Shown: positions 48,694 to 59,440, numbered from the stretch's first letter. The stretch is DNA of 64,000 nt from Candidatus Latescibacterota bacterium (GCA_965200315.1 OZ241362.1:768001-832000); one strand, 5' to 3'. Notes: generated from the sequence alone by a model not told the origin. Program-made: numbers and translations.

Positions 48694-49539
48694 GTGGCGT
48701 ACCAATTTCAGCCGGGCGCGATGTACCTCATGCCCACTCATTTCGGACCGATGACGGGACCGCGGCGCGGCCCCGACGGCAAGGGGTATCCCTGCATCGA
48801 TACCCCCAAGTCCACCAGCTACTCGGTCAGCTTCCTGACCAACGCCGAACAGCTCGCGGAGCTACTGCCGGAGGGATTCGCGCTGCACGGCGAGCCGGTA
48901 GTGACAGTGTACCAGATCCACATGAAGGAGATCGAGTGGTTGGCCGGACGCGGCTACAACATAATGGGTGCGACCTTTCTGGCGACCTACACCGGCAAGC
49001 GCGACCGCGCAATGGGACCGTTTCTGACCGTCCTGTGGGAGAACATGACCGAGCCGATCCTCACCGGCCGGGAACAGCTCGGGTTCTCGAAGATCTACTG
49101 TGAGATGCCAGAGCCGGCCGTGTGCCGAGGCGAGACCCACGTCATCGCGCACTGGCAGGGGTTTCGCTTCTTGGACATGAAGCTGACCAACATGCGCGAG
49201 GTGCCACCTGCCGACTATCCAGCGTCGACAGCACCGCGCACCGACGGCGTACTGACCGGCCTGCTCCACTACAAGTACATCCCCCGCACCGGCCACTGGG
49301 GCGAAGCAGACGCAGCCTACGCCTGCCTGACCCCTGAGGAGGGCAGCAACAGCCGCTTGACCGGGTTGTGGAAAGGCGATGGGACGGTCGAATTTCACCC
49401 GGCGCGCTGGGAGGACATGCCGACCCAGTACATGATCGTCAACGCGTTCCACAACCTAGAGATCAAGGAATTCCGCGGTGGCACTATCAGCAAGACCGTG
49501 GGCAGCAAGGACCTCAGCGACCAGCGCATGTTGGTATAG
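48694..49539 (+). CDS. Acetoacetate decarboxylase family protein
   Basis: GTG after GAGGAG; MPTHFGP, LAELLPEGF, WLAGRGYN, GREQLGFSK. Confidence 0.85.
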   Translation: MAYQFQPGAMYLMPTHFGPMTGPRRGPDGKGYPCIDTPKSTSYSVSFLTNAEQLAELLPEGFALHGEPVVTVYQIHMKEIEWLAGRGYNIMGATFLATYTGKRDRAMGPFLTVLWENMTEPILTGREQLGFSKIYCEMPEPAVCRGETHVIAHWQGFRFLDMKLTNMREVPPADYPASTAPRTDGVLTGLLHYKYIPRTGHWGEADAAYACLTPEEGSNSRLTGLWKGDGTVEFHPARWEDMPTQYMIVNAFHNLEIKEFRGGTISKTVGSKDLSDQRMLV

Positions 49540-49587
49540 GGATCGGGCCAATATTCACGGTCCCTGAACCGATTCTGCGGTGGGCAC

Positions 49588-50798
49588 TTACCGGTTGAGC
49601 GCGTCGAGTGGTTGCTTGACCTCGTTCCACGCAACCTGATGAGGAAGTACACCGGTTAGAACTGCTCGGGCCGCACAAACGCCCGCCGCTTGGCCCATGG
49701 CCACGGCGTTGCCGGTGACCCGATAGCTCGAATGGGCGATGAAATCCCCGCTGATGCAGCGTCCAGCCATGAGGAGCCGTCCACGTCCCGGGCGATCAGT
49801 GCCCGCAGGGGAATGTCGTAGGGTTGTGACCGATGCGGCTTGGCCTCGACCGCATTGGTCTTTGCCGGATCAGTCGAATGCACATCGATCCCCATGGTCA
49901 CGCGACAGACAGCGTCGTCGAAACGCGCGCCCTCAAGTAGGTTCTTTCCAGTCACTTCATACCGGCCATGTATGCGACGCCCTTCCCGCACGCCGATCTG
50001 CGCCGTGGATACAATGCGGATACCAGACCAGACTCCGCCTAGCTGTCGCAGCGCGGCCACCTGCTGATGGACCTCGCGTCGGCCGCTGATAATCGCCTCG
50101 GTGATCCGGTCTGGATCGTCACAGGTCCCACCGTATTGATGGTTCGACATCAACGCGAACAGGTCGTCGCGGATGCGGAACAGCGTCGGGTGGCCGTCCG
50201 ACGGTGCCACGCCAATTTCGCTCATCAGCGCACCCAAGCGCTCTTTGGGCTCGCGCAGGGACCCGCCCACATAGGACTCTACCGCGTCGAACTTAATGCC
50301 CCCGATCAGGGCCATCAGACTCATGGGTTGAACTGCACCTGTTTCTGGATGGCCCATGTCGAACCCACAGCCGGCTTGGGCACCCAGATCACCGTCGCCG
50401 GTCGCGTCGATAAAAGCCTTGGCGTGCCAGGCTTCGCGCCCCGCCTTCGACTCCGTGATGACAACGGAAAGCCGATTATCCGAATCGCGTCCCGCTGCCA
50501 CAACCCGCGTCAGCAGCCGCACATCGACGCTGGCCTCCAGACACATATAGTCGAGTAGCCGCTTCATCTCCTCCACATCATAGGCGTAGTTCTTGCCGCC
50601 GTCGTGCCGCAGCCGCCTAAGCACTCCCGTGGTCCAAACGCCGCCCAAGCAACCGTGCAACTCGATCAGCCGTGTCTTTACCCCTTGGCGGGCAGCAGCA
50701 ATCGCCGCGGCCACACCCGCAGGTCCCCCACCACAGACGACCACGTCTGTTTCCTCAACGATGGGAACGTCCCGGGCCTGTTCCTGATGCGATCTCAA
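49588..50798 (-). pseudogene. FAD-dependent oxidoreductase, frameshifted near 49777
   Basis: DVVVCGGGPAG, IDATGDGD, IGVREGRR, YDIPLRAL. The C-terminus (MAGRCISG...AMGQAAG) is in another frame, and there is an apparent short deletion near 50620. Confidence 0.8.
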
Positions 50799-50850
50799 GC
50801 TCTGTCCTCCTACTTCTGCCCCTGAATTGGATATCTAGGCCACAGGAGAA

Positions 50851-52314
50851 TCACTGCGGCGTCACGTCTCCCGCAAAAGGGCCGTACATGCCCTTCCCCC
50901 ATTCGATCCGCGCCGTCGCCACATTTGCCACAACTTTGGGATCGGCCGGCGCTGACGCGATCTCTGCATCATCTTGGGCGATCGCAATCCGGTTGCTATC
51001 CGCGATGAATTCCAGTGTGGTTTCCCCCTGTCTCCAAGCCACTGGACCTGCGGCGCATCCCAGCTTGCGCATCCGGTGCATCGTCCGATACTCGTTCCAG
51101 ACCTCGTCGTCGTGCAAAAACTCCATTCTCATGTCCCGTTCCGGGCAACTCTTCGCACTGGTCGAGATGAAGAGCGAGTCGCCCATCGGGGCCAAGCCCG
51201 TGATTCGATTGCCCCAGCCGTTCCAGACGAGTTCTGAGCCGTGCATCTTGTTGTAGCCAAGGACCCGATCTTCCCAAGGGTGGTTCATCTCGTCCGTGAC
51301 TGTGGGATGCTCGAACATCCTGCGGACAAAGTGCCATTCGTCGCCGGGGTGGTCGTAGCGCCATAACTCAGCCCACGGCCAGACCCCCACGTACACATCT
51401 CCCCCGAACAGGCAGGTTGTCTGCGCCTCGCGTACGGCAGTCGAAACACCGGGCATCACCGGCGGCCAATCCTCCAAGTGCCGCAGCGTCGTCCCCTTTT
51501 TCACGTATTCCAGCAGGTTCCCAGTCGGATAGTGGCCAATCAGCATCCGATCATACCAGTTCAGCATCGAATAGAGTTGGTGGCTGACGCCCGTCTGAGA
51601 CTGGATAATGAGCCTCCATGCCGAGCCGTCAAAGGCGTAGACCCCTCCAACATTCGAGGACTGAATGAGCTCGTCGCCCAACTGACCGGCGGCGAAAGAG
51701 GTTTCGCTCGCATAGCGCAGCTCCAGCGTAATCGCCCGGTCCAGATCGAGCGGACCAGCGCCCGGCCGCCACAGAACCGCATGCAGCTTGCTCCATTCGG
51801 GGTCGTTGTTCTGATAGAAGATGAGGTGGCCGTGGGAGTAATAGAAATGGTGGTAGTGGCCCTCGTCGGGCTGCATCAGGATCTTCACGCCGTCGTACCA
51901 TGCCTCGCCGCCTTTGAACTGGAGCAGTTTTCCGGCCAAACGCATCATCCCCTCGCCGCTTGCCGTCTCCTTGACGCCAAACCTTTCGTCAACGACCCAA
52001 GCCTTGGATTCGTCATCGTACCATCGCGCAGTGCGATCGAGCTGATTGCTGAACTGGTAAACCTTGCCGTCAAGGTCAAATAGATAATTGCCACCGTCGT
52101 CGGATGGAAACGGCAGCTTCTCGTAAGTCACCTCTCCGCCATCGTGACGGACGAAAAACTGCAGAGTCCAGCGGTCCATGCGAAAGTGCGTATTGAAAAG
52201 CCCCATGAACCCCGCGCCAAACAGCACTCGACCGTCGCTGTCTCGGGCTTCAAATACGGTCCCTAGATTCTGCCCGAGATCTTCCCCGAAGTTCACCTTC
52301 GCGGTGATATGCAT
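50851..52314 (-). CDS. Hypothetical protein, probable beta-propeller
   Basis: 487-aa ORF rich in Trp/Gly beta motifs (GGVYAFDGSAW, VYVGVWPWAELWRYD). Confidence 0.75.
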   Translation of the reverse strand: MHITAKVNFGEDLGQNLGTVFEARDSDGRVLFGAGFMGLFNTHFRMDRWTLQFFVRHDGGEVTYEKLPFPSDDGGNYLFDLDGKVYQFSNQLDRTARWYDDESKAWVVDERFGVKETASGEGMMRLAGKLLQFKGGEAWYDGVKILMQPDEGHYHHFYYSHGHLIFYQNNDPEWSKLHAVLWRPGAGPLDLDRAITLELRYASETSFAAGQLGDELIQSSNVGGVYAFDGSAWRLIIQSQTGVSHQLYSMLNWYDRMLIGHYPTGNLLEYVKKGTTLRHLEDWPPVMPGVSTAVREAQTTCLFGGDVYVGVWPWAELWRYDHPGDEWHFVRRMFEHPTVTDEMNHPWEDRVLGYNKMHGSELVWNGWGNRITGLAPMGDSLFISTSAKSCPERDMRMEFLHDDEVWNEYRTMHRMRKLGCAAGPVAWRQGETTLEFIADSNRIAIAQDDAEIASAPADPKVVANVATARIEWGKGMYGPFAGDVTPQ

Positions 52315-52534
52315 GCCTATCCTCTTCCTAAGTCTAGATTCATAAAGATCATAAAAGACCTTTTAGATATGTGTCCAGCGGTGTGGTTGTCCTAGCGACC
52401 GATTGGCTGCCGATTATGCACGTCAATGCCGACAAAAACGGTTGCTTGGTGCAGCGACTTTTCGTATTCCTAAGGCATATCAGCCTCCCATGTAGGAGGA
52501 TACGCCAACGCAGGCTCTTTGGTCTGCTGATGTT

Positions 52535-55138
52535 ATGCCTAAACCGTACAAAATTCAGTGGATTACCCTAGTTGCGCTGCTAAGCTGGTTCGCGGGGACC
52601 GAGGCGCAGCAAGCCGGGCACCGCATTGCCAATTCCCAAATCATAGTCAACAGCCCGCGTCATTGGAAAAACTGGATATTCGCTCCGGGCACGATAGGGA
52701 TCTCACCGACCGGTGAGGTGCGGCCCAATGAATTGCGCAAAAACACCAATGCGATGCCCCAAATCGTAAAATTCCTCCGCTTCCACCCACCGGATGATCT
52801 GGCTAAAAAAGAACCAGAGGAATTGAGCCTACTCGATGCCATTGAGGCTGGCTCGAACCTAGCTGATGTAGTCAATGTGATCGACGGCGACCCTGCTACC
52901 TACTGGGAGCCGGAGGCGCTGAAAGGCACAGCGGATGTACGAGGCCAGTGGTGGTTCGGGTTGGATCTGGGACGCTTGGTATTCGCCCACAAAATTGTCT
53001 TGCGCTTTGTCGAGGAAGGCCAAGGAGATCCCTTTCTGCTCTTCGATGTGCTGGTGTCCGAAGGTTTAAAGCCGAGTCGCCTGCAGGGCGGGGACGCCCT
53101 CGCCTTCAAGACGGTGCTGCGCACGGTGCAGCCCAATAAGAGCCAACGTGTTTTCAAAATCGATCTGCGGAACGCCAACCACGAAGTTCAAGGCGAGCCT
53201 TTGCGCTTCGTACAGGTGGTGGTAACCAGAACCGATTCGACCCAAGGTCGAGAAGTCTCTCTCGCAGAGTACGGGCAACTGGACGATGCGAACCGAGGTG
53301 CCGTCCGTTTTTTCAAGCGCCAGCCCGACGGTCGCGAGACCGCAGTGCCAGAGGCCGTACACCAGCGACTGGACGAAGAGCGGCAAGGGGCCGTGCGCTA
53401 TTTTCGCCGCGAGCATCCCCGCCTAGCCGAACTGGAGGTGTGGCACGAGGGGGATGAGATAATGAGCGGCATAATCGCACGAGGCGGCTCGATGGCCCTC
53501 TCGGCGAAAGAAGTGGTTAATCTGGGCGCTTTTATCGATGGCAATGTGGACTCTAATTCGGGCGTACTCATCTCTGGAGCCCAAGCCGTCTCAGACCCCG
53601 AGCGATTTTTGTTTTTCGATCTGGGCAGCTTCTACTGGATCGATGCCCACCGCCAAGCTTATGGTCGAGGTTCGTACCGGGGCAGCTTCGCCAATTACCG
53701 ACTCGATTTTTCAGACGGCTCGCTGGCCCCCGACGGTAGCCTCTGGTGGACTAGGGCCGTAGATCGAGACCAAGCGCGGGTGTCGGGACGCCCCTATGAG
53801 GGCAATCGCTTCGATCCAGTCAAAGCCCGTTTCTTCCGCATCCACTGGTCGATGCAGGTGCGCGGTCTGATTGTCGCCACACTGGCGGAGGTACAGCTCT
53901 ACGGGGAGGGTTTCCAACCAGAGGTGAGCCTCGAATCAGACCTGATCCAGTTGGGCGGGACTCGCAACCTGATCTCGGTCGAGTGGGACGCCGATACCCC
54001 CGTCGGTACCCAAGTCCTAGTCCAGACCCGCACCGGCAACCAACTGGGCGAACGCCTGCACTATTTCAAGAAGGACGGTACTGAGGTGACCGAAGCCGAG
54101 TACAACAAGTTGCTCTCGCTCTTCAAGGGGGATATCGTCGCCGAGCCAATGCCCGGCAGCGACTGGAGCGACTGGAGCCAGCCCTATGAGCATAGTGTCG
54201 GCAGTCCGATCACCTCGCCGTCGCCACGCGAGTTCTTAATGATTCGCGCGACGTTGACTTCAGACGATCCGCAAATCAGTGGTGCGCTCCGGTCCATTCG
54301 CCTCCACTTCGCCGACCCGGTGGCCCAAGATCTGGTCGGCGAGGTCGCGCCCGTCGAGGTGGATTCGCTGGGCGTGGAGCGCCCCTTCTCCCTCTATATT
54401 CGGCCTCGATTCGTCGCCACCGATCTTGGATTCGACCACTTGTTAATGGTCGCTCCTGCTGATATGCGACTAGAGTTCAAGAACTTGTACGCTGGGAAGG
54501 CCACCGATTTTGCCGGGCCCACCACCGATCTGTCCGGGCTCGTTCAGGACCAAGTCGAGGTGCTGGCGACGGCTGGGGACACCCTGCGGCTGGCCTTCCC
54601 TACGATCAGCCCCGCAGCAGGAGTTGAAGTTTTGCGTCTCGACTTTGACACAGCCCTATTCTCAGCCGGAACGATTCTGCGCGCGGCGCTGAGCAACAGC
54701 GCCTCAGACGAACAAGCCTGGCAATGGCTCAGCCCAGGTAATGCACTCGATCAGGTGGAGAGCAATACGACCACCCTAGTCGGAGCGGTAAGACGCAAAG
54801 AATTGATCAGCCAACTGTCGCTGCACCCCAGCGTATTGACCCCCAATGGCGACGACATCAACGACCGAGTCGAGATCGCCTTTTCAGTAGTCTTGGTCGG
54901 CGACAACAGTCCCGTCCGGGTGCAGATTCGCGATTTGCGCGGCCGGCGGGTGTGGCACACCGTCGAGCATAAAGCAGTGGCTAGGGGGCATTATACCGTG
55001 TCTTGGGATGGCAGAGACCAAGCGGGGAATTTAGTACCCCCCGGCCTCTATGTGGTCGAGATCGACGTCGCCGCCGAAACAGAACAGACTGGTATCGCGC
55101 GTGGCAATGTGCTGCGCACCGTAGCCGTCGCCTATTGA
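52535..55138 (+). CDS. Large secreted protein with discoidin-like modules and a C-terminal FlgD-Ig domain
   Basis: Signal peptide; IDGDPATYW...LDLG...LAELEV twice; TPNGDDIND, WDGRDQAG.LVPPGLY. Confidence 0.8.
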   Translation: MPKPYKIQWITLVALLSWFAGTEAQQAGHRIANSQIIVNSPRHWKNWIFAPGTIGISPTGEVRPNELRKNTNAMPQIVKFLRFHPPDDLAKKEPEELSLLDAIEAGSNLADVVNVIDGDPATYWEPEALKGTADVRGQWWFGLDLGRLVFAHKIVLRFVEEGQGDPFLLFDVLVSEGLKPSRLQGGDALAFKTVLRTVQPNKSQRVFKIDLRNANHEVQGEPLRFVQVVVTRTDSTQGREVSLAEYGQLDDANRGAVRFFKRQPDGRETAVPEAVHQRLDEERQGAVRYFRREHPRLAELEVWHEGDEIMSGIIARGGSMALSAKEVVNLGAFIDGNVDSNSGVLISGAQAVSDPERFLFFDLGSFYWIDAHRQAYGRGSYRGSFANYRLDFSDGSLAPDGSLWWTRAVDRDQARVSGRPYEGNRFDPVKARFFRIHWSMQVRGLIVATLAEVQLYGEGFQPEVSLESDLIQLGGTRNLISVEWDADTPVGTQVLVQTRTGNQLGERLHYFKKDGTEVTEAEYNKLLSLFKGDIVAEPMPGSDWSDWSQPYEHSVGSPITSPSPREFLMIRATLTSDDPQISGALRSIRLHFADPVAQDLVGEVAPVEVDSLGVERPFSLYIRPRFVATDLGFDHLLMVAPADMRLEFKNLYAGKATDFAGPTTDLSGLVQDQVEVLATAGDTLRLAFPTISPAAGVEVLRLDFDTALFSAGTILRAALSNSASDEQAWQWLSPGNALDQVESNTTTLVGAVRRKELISQLSLHPSVLTPNGDDINDRVEIAFSVVLVGDNSPVRVQIRDLRGRRVWHTVEHKAVARGHYTVSWDGRDQAGNLVPPGLYVVEIDVAAETEQTGIARGNVLRTVAVAY

Positions 55139-55149
55139 TTGGATATCTC

Positions 55150-57066
55150 ATGCGATTGCGGCTTTTCCATTGCGCGTTGGCGATCCTCTTACTCGGCTTT
55201 GTCCGCCCTAGTGCCGGGCTGACGGTCTTTCGCCTCGGCGGAGAGACCCTGCCCCGTCCCGAGTTAGATGGCCCCTATGAATTCATCCAGCTCAGCTGGA
55301 ACGAAATCGAAGCGCGGCGGCACGGCAGCGCCGAACGGCTGGACTTTGACCCCGATTTCATTCGTCCTCAGCGATTGGACCCCAAGGTCAATCTCATCCC
55401 GCTCATCGAGGAGCAAGGTGGGCAGATCTTCAATTTAATATGGCATGGTTGGGTCTCGCCTCAGCAGGAAGATTTTCTCATGTACGATGGGGATCCCGAG
55501 ACCTTCTATCTGGGCGATGGCCGTTTCGCCGTGCACGGACCGCCCATCAAGTTCACAATCTTCGATTTCGGCGCTCGTTTGCGGCTCGAACGCATCCGCT
55601 TTTTTCCGCGCCCGAAACACCGCAGCGATCGCTTTATGCAGCGTTTTAGAATTGGCATCAACGACGGCGATCCGTTCAAAGACGGTACGCGGGAAATGAC
55701 CGTGCGGCGCGGGGATGGCTTTTCCGATTTCGACATTGCCTACCAAAGGACAGAAAATACCGAAGCCGTTGTCGATGTCGAATTGCCCGCCGTACCCGTG
55801 CAACGCCTGCTCTTCGAGGCCTATGAGAATACGCGCGGCATCTGGGAAATCGCCGAACTCGAGATCTATGGCAACGGCTATGTCCCCTTCACCAGTTACG
55901 TCTCCAACGTGATCGATCTGGGCGGTCCCGCCAGTCTGGGGCAGCTAAGCTGGAGCGGCCATATCGACGCGGGGGCCCAAGTTGACCTGACCATGCGCAG
56001 CGGCGTTGACGACGATCCCAACACCTACTGGCGCACCACCTTCCGCGGCAGCGAACGCACCCGCTTCGACAGCAAGGGCATACCACTCAACCGAGCCTCT
56101 TACAACAAGCTACAGCGCGGCGAACAAGACGGCATTACCCACGACACCGAAAACTGGGTTTTCTGGAGCGCGCCCTACGACTTTGGCGCTGGGACCGGCG
56201 CGATGATCGGCACTGGGACCCGGCGCTATGTGCAGTTGCGCACCGATTTCACCTCTACCCAGACGGCCGGTAGCCAGCTAAACTACGTCCAATTCGCCGT
56301 GTCGATCCCGCCGGTGGCCAGCCGCGCCTTGGCCGAGATCGTCCCGGGCACCGCACTGCCGGGGCAGGTGACGGGCTTCACCTATAAACTGCGTCCGACC
56401 ATAGACTCCGAGGATTTGGGCTTTGACAGCATCGGCATCGATACGCCTACCAAGGTGAAGAGCGTCGATCAAGTGCGCATCTCAGGGATCCCCGTGGATT
56501 TTGAGGTGGTGGAAATAGGCGAGACCGGCTTTGTCGTGCAGATCCCGCGCATCGACATCCAGCTCACCACAGAGCTGATAGAAGTGGATTTCCAAACCGA
56601 GGTGTTCAAGTTCGGCACGGTGTTCTCGGGACGGCTCTTCGATAGCCAGCAGCCGTTGGAAGTGCCGCAGAGCATCGCGGCAGGCGATGCCGACGAATTG
56701 GAAGACAGCAATAGGCTGAGTGTGGATCTGGCGCGTTTTGGCGAACGCACGATCGGCTCGTTGACCCTCGACCCGCCGGTGTTCAGCCCCAATGAAGATG
56801 GCGTCAACGACGCGGTGAGGATCGACTACGATTTGCTTAACCTGGTGGGTGCGGTGCCGGTGCAGGTGGAAATTTTCGATCTATCGGGTCGCTCGTTGGG
56901 CGTAGTATTGCAGGAGCAGACGGCGAGCGGTCGTTTCTCGGTCACTTGGGACGGGCGCGACGGGGACGGTGCATTGTTGCCGCCGGGCCTCTACCTAGTA
57001 TGTCTGCGCGTGGAGTCCGACAAGTCGGAAGACACCCGACAGGCCCTATTGTCACTCGTTTACTGA
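55150..57066 (+). CDS. Paralogous large secreted protein with a discoidin-like module and C-terminal FlgD-Ig domain
   Basis: Signal peptide MRLRLFH...; YDGDPETFY, FDFG, IAELEIYGNG; SPNEDGVND, WDGRDGDG.LLPPGLY. Confidence 0.8.
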   Translation: MRLRLFHCALAILLLGFVRPSAGLTVFRLGGETLPRPELDGPYEFIQLSWNEIEARRHGSAERLDFDPDFIRPQRLDPKVNLIPLIEEQGGQIFNLIWHGWVSPQQEDFLMYDGDPETFYLGDGRFAVHGPPIKFTIFDFGARLRLERIRFFPRPKHRSDRFMQRFRIGINDGDPFKDGTREMTVRRGDGFSDFDIAYQRTENTEAVVDVELPAVPVQRLLFEAYENTRGIWEIAELEIYGNGYVPFTSYVSNVIDLGGPASLGQLSWSGHIDAGAQVDLTMRSGVDDDPNTYWRTTFRGSERTRFDSKGIPLNRASYNKLQRGEQDGITHDTENWVFWSAPYDFGAGTGAMIGTGTRRYVQLRTDFTSTQTAGSQLNYVQFAVSIPPVASRALAEIVPGTALPGQVTGFTYKLRPTIDSEDLGFDSIGIDTPTKVKSVDQVRISGIPVDFEVVEIGETGFVVQIPRIDIQLTTELIEVDFQTEVFKFGTVFSGRLFDSQQPLEVPQSIAAGDADELEDSNRLSVDLARFGERTIGSLTLDPPVFSPNEDGVNDAVRIDYDLLNLVGAVPVQVEIFDLSGRSLGVVLQEQTASGRFSVTWDGRDGDGALLPPGLYLVCLRVESDKSEDTRQALLSLVY

Positions 57067-57358
57067 CGAATACTTCTACTCAGTATTAAAAGACAGGAAA
57101 TTGGTTGATGCGGGATAAAGCATCGGATCGTTGGATTGAGAAGGGAGATTGGTCGGGAACAGAAATTATAGAAATCTATTTGAAAAAATCGCATCTCGCT
57201 ATGGTGACTCCTCATACAAGCCTTTCTGTGCAGATTTTGTCGCGAAACCTGAATAGGGCTCGGTGAATACGCCGTTCCAAATATCGGATATATCATGGGT
57301 TTGCAGACCGCTTCTAAAGGCCCTTTATAATCCCTATACATAAAGGAGAGACAGGTCC

Positions 57359-58363
57359 ATGATTAAACTGGGTATGATTGGCTGTGGCGGCATGGGGGGT
57401 GCCCACATGCGGCGGTTTCACACCCTGAGTGATCGGGTCGCATTGGCCGCGGCGGTCGATGTTGTTCCCGAACGCGCAGAAGCCGTCGCGCAACAATTTC
57501 CAAGTGCCTGTGTGGCGACGGATTATCGCGAGATTTTGGACTCGGTAGATGCCGTATTGCTCGCGCTACCCCACCATTTGCACGCTTCCGTAGGATGTGC
57601 GTGTCTCAATGCGGGCATCCACGTCTTGCTCGAAAAACCCATGGCCAATAGTGAAGCCGCCTGCCAAGACCTAATTGCGGCATCTGCAACCTCGGGCAAA
57701 GTGCTGATGATTGCGTATTGCATGCGCTTTCATCCAATAGTCCAGCGTCTGCAAGCATTGTTAGATGAAGGCGCGTATGGCGATGTATTTCAAGTGTCGA
57801 TCTGGACCGAGCAACTCACGCGCTATCCCCCCGATCACTGGGCTTCGAGCCAAGAGCACTTGGGCGGCGGGCAATTGTTTAGTCATGGCTGTCATTACAT
57901 CGATTTGCTGCTCTGGTTTTTGGGGCGACCCGTGCAGGGCATGCATATAGGCACCAATTTTGGCACGCCGTGGATGGAGCGCGAAGGCACGAGCAATGTG
58001 ACGATGGAATTTGCCGATGGCCGCCTCGGATATCACTTTGGCACTTGGGGTGCGCGGGGCACCCGGTTGCGCTACTCAATCCACGCGCATTGCACCGAAG
58101 GGATGCTCGATGCCGATATCTCAGGCGGCAAACTCGTACATATCCTGCGCGGCCAAGAGGAAGTTCTGTTTGAAGCAGAGCCGGGCAAACACACGGAAAA
58201 CGAGATGGCCCATTTTCTCGATTGCATTGAAACTGGGCAAACGCCGCTGACCGATGGCAAAAGCAGCTTGCAGGGCTTGCGCGTGATCTGGCGGCTATAC
58301 GAAGCCGAGCAAGCAAGGCAGATTGCAGATTTGACGGGATTGGGTTTGGATGAAGCCGAATGA
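57359..58363 (+). CDS. Gfo/Idh/MocA family oxidoreductase
   Basis: GMIGCGGMG, HVLLEKP, GGG.L..GCHYID. Confidence 0.93.
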   Translation: MIKLGMIGCGGMGGAHMRRFHTLSDRVALAAAVDVVPERAEAVAQQFPSACVATDYREILDSVDAVLLALPHHLHASVGCACLNAGIHVLLEKPMANSEAACQDLIAASATSGKVLMIAYCMRFHPIVQRLQALLDEGAYGDVFQVSIWTEQLTRYPPDHWASSQEHLGGGQLFSHGCHYIDLLLWFLGRPVQGMHIGTNFGTPWMEREGTSNVTMEFADGRLGYHFGTWGARGTRLRYSIHAHCTEGMLDADISGGKLVHILRGQEEVLFEAEPGKHTENEMAHFLDCIETGQTPLTDGKSSLQGLRVIWRLYEAEQARQIADLTGLGLDEAE

Positions 58364-58372
58364 ATTGGACGC

Positions 58373-59440
58373 CTACGCACTGTATTGATCAATTTTTGCT
58401 TCGTCCACTTCAACGCCCAGTCCCGGCCCCAACGGCACGCGGATGCGCCCATTTGCAAACTGCAACGGTTCGGCCAGCACGTCATCCGTCAGGCCGTGGT
58501 AGCAGGTGTCGTTCGGGCCGGAAAAATTGGGGGTTGCTGCCGCAATGTGCGCGATGGCGGCGGTCTTGAGTCCGAGGTCGTGCGAACAGTGCATCAGGCA
58601 CGGCACGTCATATGCCCCTGCGACAGTAGCGACTTTCTTGACAGGTAGCACTCCGCCCGCCGCTGGGGTATCTGGCATCAGCATGTCAGTGCCCTCGTTG
58701 GCCAGCAGGTTCACAACGGAGTCCGCAGTACCAACACCCATGTTCACCAAGATACCCATGCCGATTTCCGTGCGGAACCGGACCAACGCGTCGAGGTACT
58801 CGGGCGAGCAGGGGTCTTCAAAATAGCGAATCCCCATATCTTTCATTTTTAGCAGTGTAGCTTCTGCCTCTGCGGGGGAATACCCGCTATTTGCATCTGG
58901 GCGGAGTACGGCTTGGTCGCCAACAGCGGCTTGTATGGCCTCGGCAATCTGCAGGTCCTGTTGTGAGTCGTCACCCGCTTTTGTTTTTAAGAAGCGAAAT
59001 CCCCACCGCTCCACGTACTCGCGAGCCGTTGCGGCGGACTCCGATGGGACCTTGAGTCCCATGCAGGCGCAGAAGTCCACTTCCTCCCGCACCACGCCGC
59101 CGAGCAGTTTACAGACCGGCAAATCTGCACTCTTGCCCATGGCGTCCCACAGTGCCATCTCAATGCCAGACATAGGGCCTTTGCTAATGCCTCCTGCTTC
59201 CAGCGCGGCAATAGCCCCTTCGATGTTGGCCGCATCTTTGCCCGCCAGCATTGCATTTGGGTCCGTTTCAAACCGGCCCGTCCCTTCGCCCCAACCCACT
59301 ACATCCGCGTCCGTTTCAACTTTCACGATAAGTCCGGCTGCGCCCAAAGTGCCACTACCACCACCTCGCCCAACGTAAGGGCCAACGGGCGAAGCGTATG
59401 GGATTGCAACGCTAGTTCCTGTAATTCGCTTAATTTTCAT
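58373..59440 (-). CDS. Enolase-superfamily (mandelate racemase/MLE; glucarate-dehydratase-like) enzyme
   Basis: GWGE, EMALWD..GK, KTK, PDAN, FEDP, VNM, PGLGVEVD. Confidence 0.88.
   Translation of the reverse strand: MKIKRITGTSVAIPYASPVGPYVGRGGGSGTLGAAGLIVKVETDADVVGWGEGTGRFETDPNAMLAGKDAANIEGAIAALEAGGISKGPMSGIEMALWDAMGKSADLPVCKLLGGVVREEVDFCACMGLKVPSESAATAREYVERWGFRFLKTKAGDDSQQDLQIAEAIQAAVGDQAVLRPDANSGYSPAEAEATLLKMKDMGIRYFEDPCSPEYLDALVRFRTEIGMGILVNMGVGTADSVVNLLANEGTDMLMPDTPAAGGVLPVKKVATVAGAYDVPCLMHCSHDLGLKTAAIAHIAAATPNFSGPNDTCYHGLTDDVLAEPLQFANGRIRVPLGPGLGVEVDEAKIDQYSA

Noticed and set aside
48339-49103. 254-aa ORF as a single gene
   Set aside because: It is a chimera of a PhyH N-terminal fragment and an off-frame reading of the acetoacetate decarboxylase-like gene.
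57297-57316. GGGTTTGCAGACCGCTTCTA as an IS/MITE terminal repeat
   Set aside because: It vaguely resembles IS ends, but no partner inverted repeat, target duplication or transposase was found.
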